Shown here one piece after another: positions 61,191-64,000 of a DNA stretch of 64,000 nt (position 1 is the first letter of the stretch; every line of letters begins with the position of its first letter). Source of the stretch: Phoronis australis (taxonomy: Eukaryota > Animalia > Phoronida); assembly GCA_002633005.1 (NCBI GenBank), contig NMRA01000541.1, positions 124,001 through 188,000 on the forward strand, read 5' to 3'. Under the pieces are notes generated by a model. It saw only the letters and a list, made by a program, of their open reading frames with translations. It did no database searches and was not told where the DNA came from. Made by a program: the position numbers and the translations under genes.

Positions 61191-62686
61191 AATGCCACCA
61201 CTAGTCTTTAATTGGCTTTACTTGAAACTGATTGTATTTCAATGAATTATTGTTAGTATTTGATAAAAATAAATGCTGTTGATATGACATTTAATAGTCT
61301 TTGTTATTTGACATTTTTTAAAATGATTAACAACATGGCAAAGTGCACGACTGGTTCCCATCAACACGTACGCAGAGGGCGGAGACTTCAGCTTTCAAAG
61401 TTCGCCGGTAGGACGGCAACTTCTGATCTTCGGCCTAGTTAAAAGAATCATGAGGTCATATCTCTTAGACTGCACAGACCCACGAGATTGGTTATGCCTG
61501 ACGTCATCTTGTGAGGCCCGGGAACCAGGCGTGCGTTCAGTATATGCTAGAACCTACGCTAGGACCTAGCCAAAAGCTAGTCAAGGTCACGTGCTCTTAT
61601 TTAAAATACACGACAATATCACGCGTAATTTCGCAACGTCTTGCTTTTAAGCTAGGTCCTAGCGTTACTGAACGGGAGGCAGGTATATCTCTTGGCGTGT
61701 GCCGAGTGAAAATGGTGAGTTCACGATTTGGGAACTGAAAATTATTAGGGACTGCTCGAAGAAAAAGTTTGATAACGGGAGAATTTGTTCGAGATGGAAG
61801 GAATTAAACACATCGACAACCTCCTAAGGTGTTCCTCATGCGCAAAAGGTATTAAACAACGTGGCTTGATGTGTTAGTCGGTGTGAGGAATAATTCGCCG
61901 AAAAGCTTCCGGCGCATGGAGCGCCTATAGGAGCTGCATTGCCTCTGTTCGGGCCAACACAGGCGATGGTCATTGCCTACTTCTGACCGTCATGTATGTA
62001 TGTCATACTTCCTGTACATAATCCTTCTACCTCTTTTGTACAAATCAATTTCTCCATTTTATATCGGTCACTAGCACTTGTGCTACTGTTTTGCAGTTAA
62101 CCTGTTCCATACCGATGTAAAATAAACATTTTACTTACTATACTTTTACTACCCCTCAGACCCAAGTGTCAGTGCCAGTGTTCTCCAATGCCAATGGGCG
62201 CTCTCAATCAACAACAGTAAACACTACACTCTACAGTGGCAGTGAGTTTTCTCACGCTTGCTGCAAGTCAGGTTTTTTTCCACCGGACCACTTTCTCTGC
62301 CTCTGTCTTTTCCGGTCTTTAAAGTGCAAAGTCGTATAGTGACTGCTATACTACTTCGCCTAGCAACTTCGGTCCTCTACTAGAAATGCTGAATCATTTG
62401 ACAGCAACAGTGAGTTTGACCTAAATAATTGACCTCGATACCACCACGTGAACTTGGAATTTTGTTTAATCTCAAGGTCGAACCTGTGCAGCCGACAGCC
62501 GTCTCGCTTTAGAAGATATGGTAATAGACATCACCGTTACTTTTTATTTACAGTCTATGGGACTTGAACAAAACGTCTAACAGTTGTTATTGTGTTCATT
62601 GATGATGAGATGCCTGTGATGTAGACCGACTTGCCGTTTTAGTTACTTTTTATTGGCAGTCTCTATGGACCGGTCTTGAACAAAAC

Positions 62687-63622
62687 TAGGCAATGACCAT
62701 CGCCTCTGTTGGCCCGAACCAGAGGCGATGTAGAGGCTATAGGCGCTCTGTACGCCGGAAGCTTTTCGGCGAATTATGCCTCGCACCGACTAAACCATCA
62801 AAGTCACGTTGTTATAAATACCTTTTGCGCATAGAGGAACACCTTAGGAGGTTACCGATGTGTTTAAGTCCTTCCAACTCGAATAAATACTCCCGTTATG
62901 AAACTTTTTCTTCGATCAGTCCCTATTTCAGTTCCCAAAATCGTGAAATCAAAATTTTCATTTTTTTAACCAGGCCGAAGGTCAGAAGTTGCGGACCTAC
63001 CGGCGAACTTTGAAAGCTGAAGTTCGATCCCACCCTTCGCGTACGTGCTGCCGGGAACCAGCCGTGCATTTGCCGTGTTGTTAAACATTAAAATGTCAAA
63101 TATGTGCACAAAGACTATTAAATGTCATATCAAAAGCATTTATTTTTATCAAATACAAACAATAATTCATTGAAATACAAACAGTTTCAAGTAATGCCGA
63201 TTAAAGACAAGTATAAGTGGTGGCATTTTGGAAACGAACATTTGACTGACAAGACCGCAATGGCTCACCTTTGGCCTATTAAAAAATTATTGAGGTTATG
63301 AAGTCACATCACCTAGCGAGCGCGGTAAAAATTGGAGCGTGCGCAGTACAAAAATTTTGATTTCACGATTTTGGGAACTGAAATAGGGACTGATCAAAGA
63401 AAAAGTTTCATAACGGGAGTATTTGTTCGAGTTGGAAGGACTTAAACACATCGACAACCTCCTAAGGTGTTCCTCTATGCGCAAAAGGTATTTACAACAA
63501 CGTGACTTTGATGGTTTAGTCGGTGTGAGGCATAATTCGCCGAAAAGCTTCCGGCGTACAGAGCGCCTATAGCCTCTGCATCGCCTCTGGTTCGGGCCAA
63601 CAGAGGCGATGGTCATTGCCTA
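62687..63622. mobile_element. Uninterrupted copy of the TAG..CTA long-TIR element (TIRs about 270 bp)
   Basis: Mirror-image ORFs 62693+ and 63616- are nearly identical; flanks do not form a TSD. Confidence 0.88.
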
Positions 63623-63624
63623 GG

Positions 63625-64000
63625 AGAAGTCCAGCACTACAGCGTCACTCAAACCGACGCTGTGGTGCTGAACTTCTCCAAAGCCTTTGATAAATGATCC
63701 CATCCTAGACTCTTGGAGAAGATCAGATACTACGGTATAAGGTGTCTCACCCACAATTGGATATAGTCATTTCTATCCCATAGAACACAGAGAGTTGTCG
63801 TCGATGGCGAGTTCTCAAATTCCTTCCCAGTCCAATCAGGAGTGCCCCAGGGCTCTTTCCTTGGGCCTGAAATCTTCATACTCTGCATAAATGACCTTCC
63901 TGACACCATTCTTTCTAATGTCCAGCTTTTTGCTGATGATGCAGTTCTCTACAGACCCATTGGTTCCCCTCACGATTGCCAAATTCTTCAACAAGACTTA
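63625..64000 (+). mobile_element. CR1-group LINE reverse transcriptase fragment, runs off the window
   Basis: QTDAVVLNFSKAFDK*SHPRLLEKIRYYGI..NWI*SFLSHRTQRVVVDG..SGVPQGSFLGP..INDLP..LFADDAVLYRPI. Confidence 0.93.

Larger units (their letters stand above)
55857..61979. mobile_element. Long-TIR non-autonomous DNA transposon (TAG..CTA ends, 9-bp TSD; AcademH- or Mutator-like) hosting nested insertions
   Basis: TAGGCAATGACCATCG termini; TSD CTTCTGACC at 55848-55856 and 61980-61988. Confidence 0.85.

Noticed and set aside
62693-63616. Pair of near-identical 106-aa genes
   Set aside because: They are mirror translations of the long TIRs of one non-autonomous element

Overview
Eukaryotic (AT-rich invertebrate-like, GT-AG spliced) genomic DNA. 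One intact gene dominates: an AIFM3 / apoptosis-inducing factor 3-like Rieske-flavoprotein on the minus strand. I assembled 14 phase-consistent coding exons by hand (5719-53633; 1806 nt, 601 aa, starting MGSSGSKK). A disabled LDL-receptor class A repeat exon lies at about 2.1-2.8 kb. The rest is a layered transposon landscape: six co-oriented non-autonomous Helentron-like (HINE) elements of one family plus a second HINE-like family, TA-flanked Tc1/mariner-type elements, Harbinger MITEs, a Kolobok relic with a dead THAP domain, a BEL/Pao relic, a solo LTR, a foldback element, two TAG..CTA long-TIR elements, and three LINE relics. The most striking observation is that the main HINE family carries a three-subunit higher-order array in which each ~145 bp subunit contains a close match to the CTCF core motif, and all copies point the same way. 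I see no prokaryote-type systems (CRISPR etc.). Family assignments come from motif recognition, not database searches.
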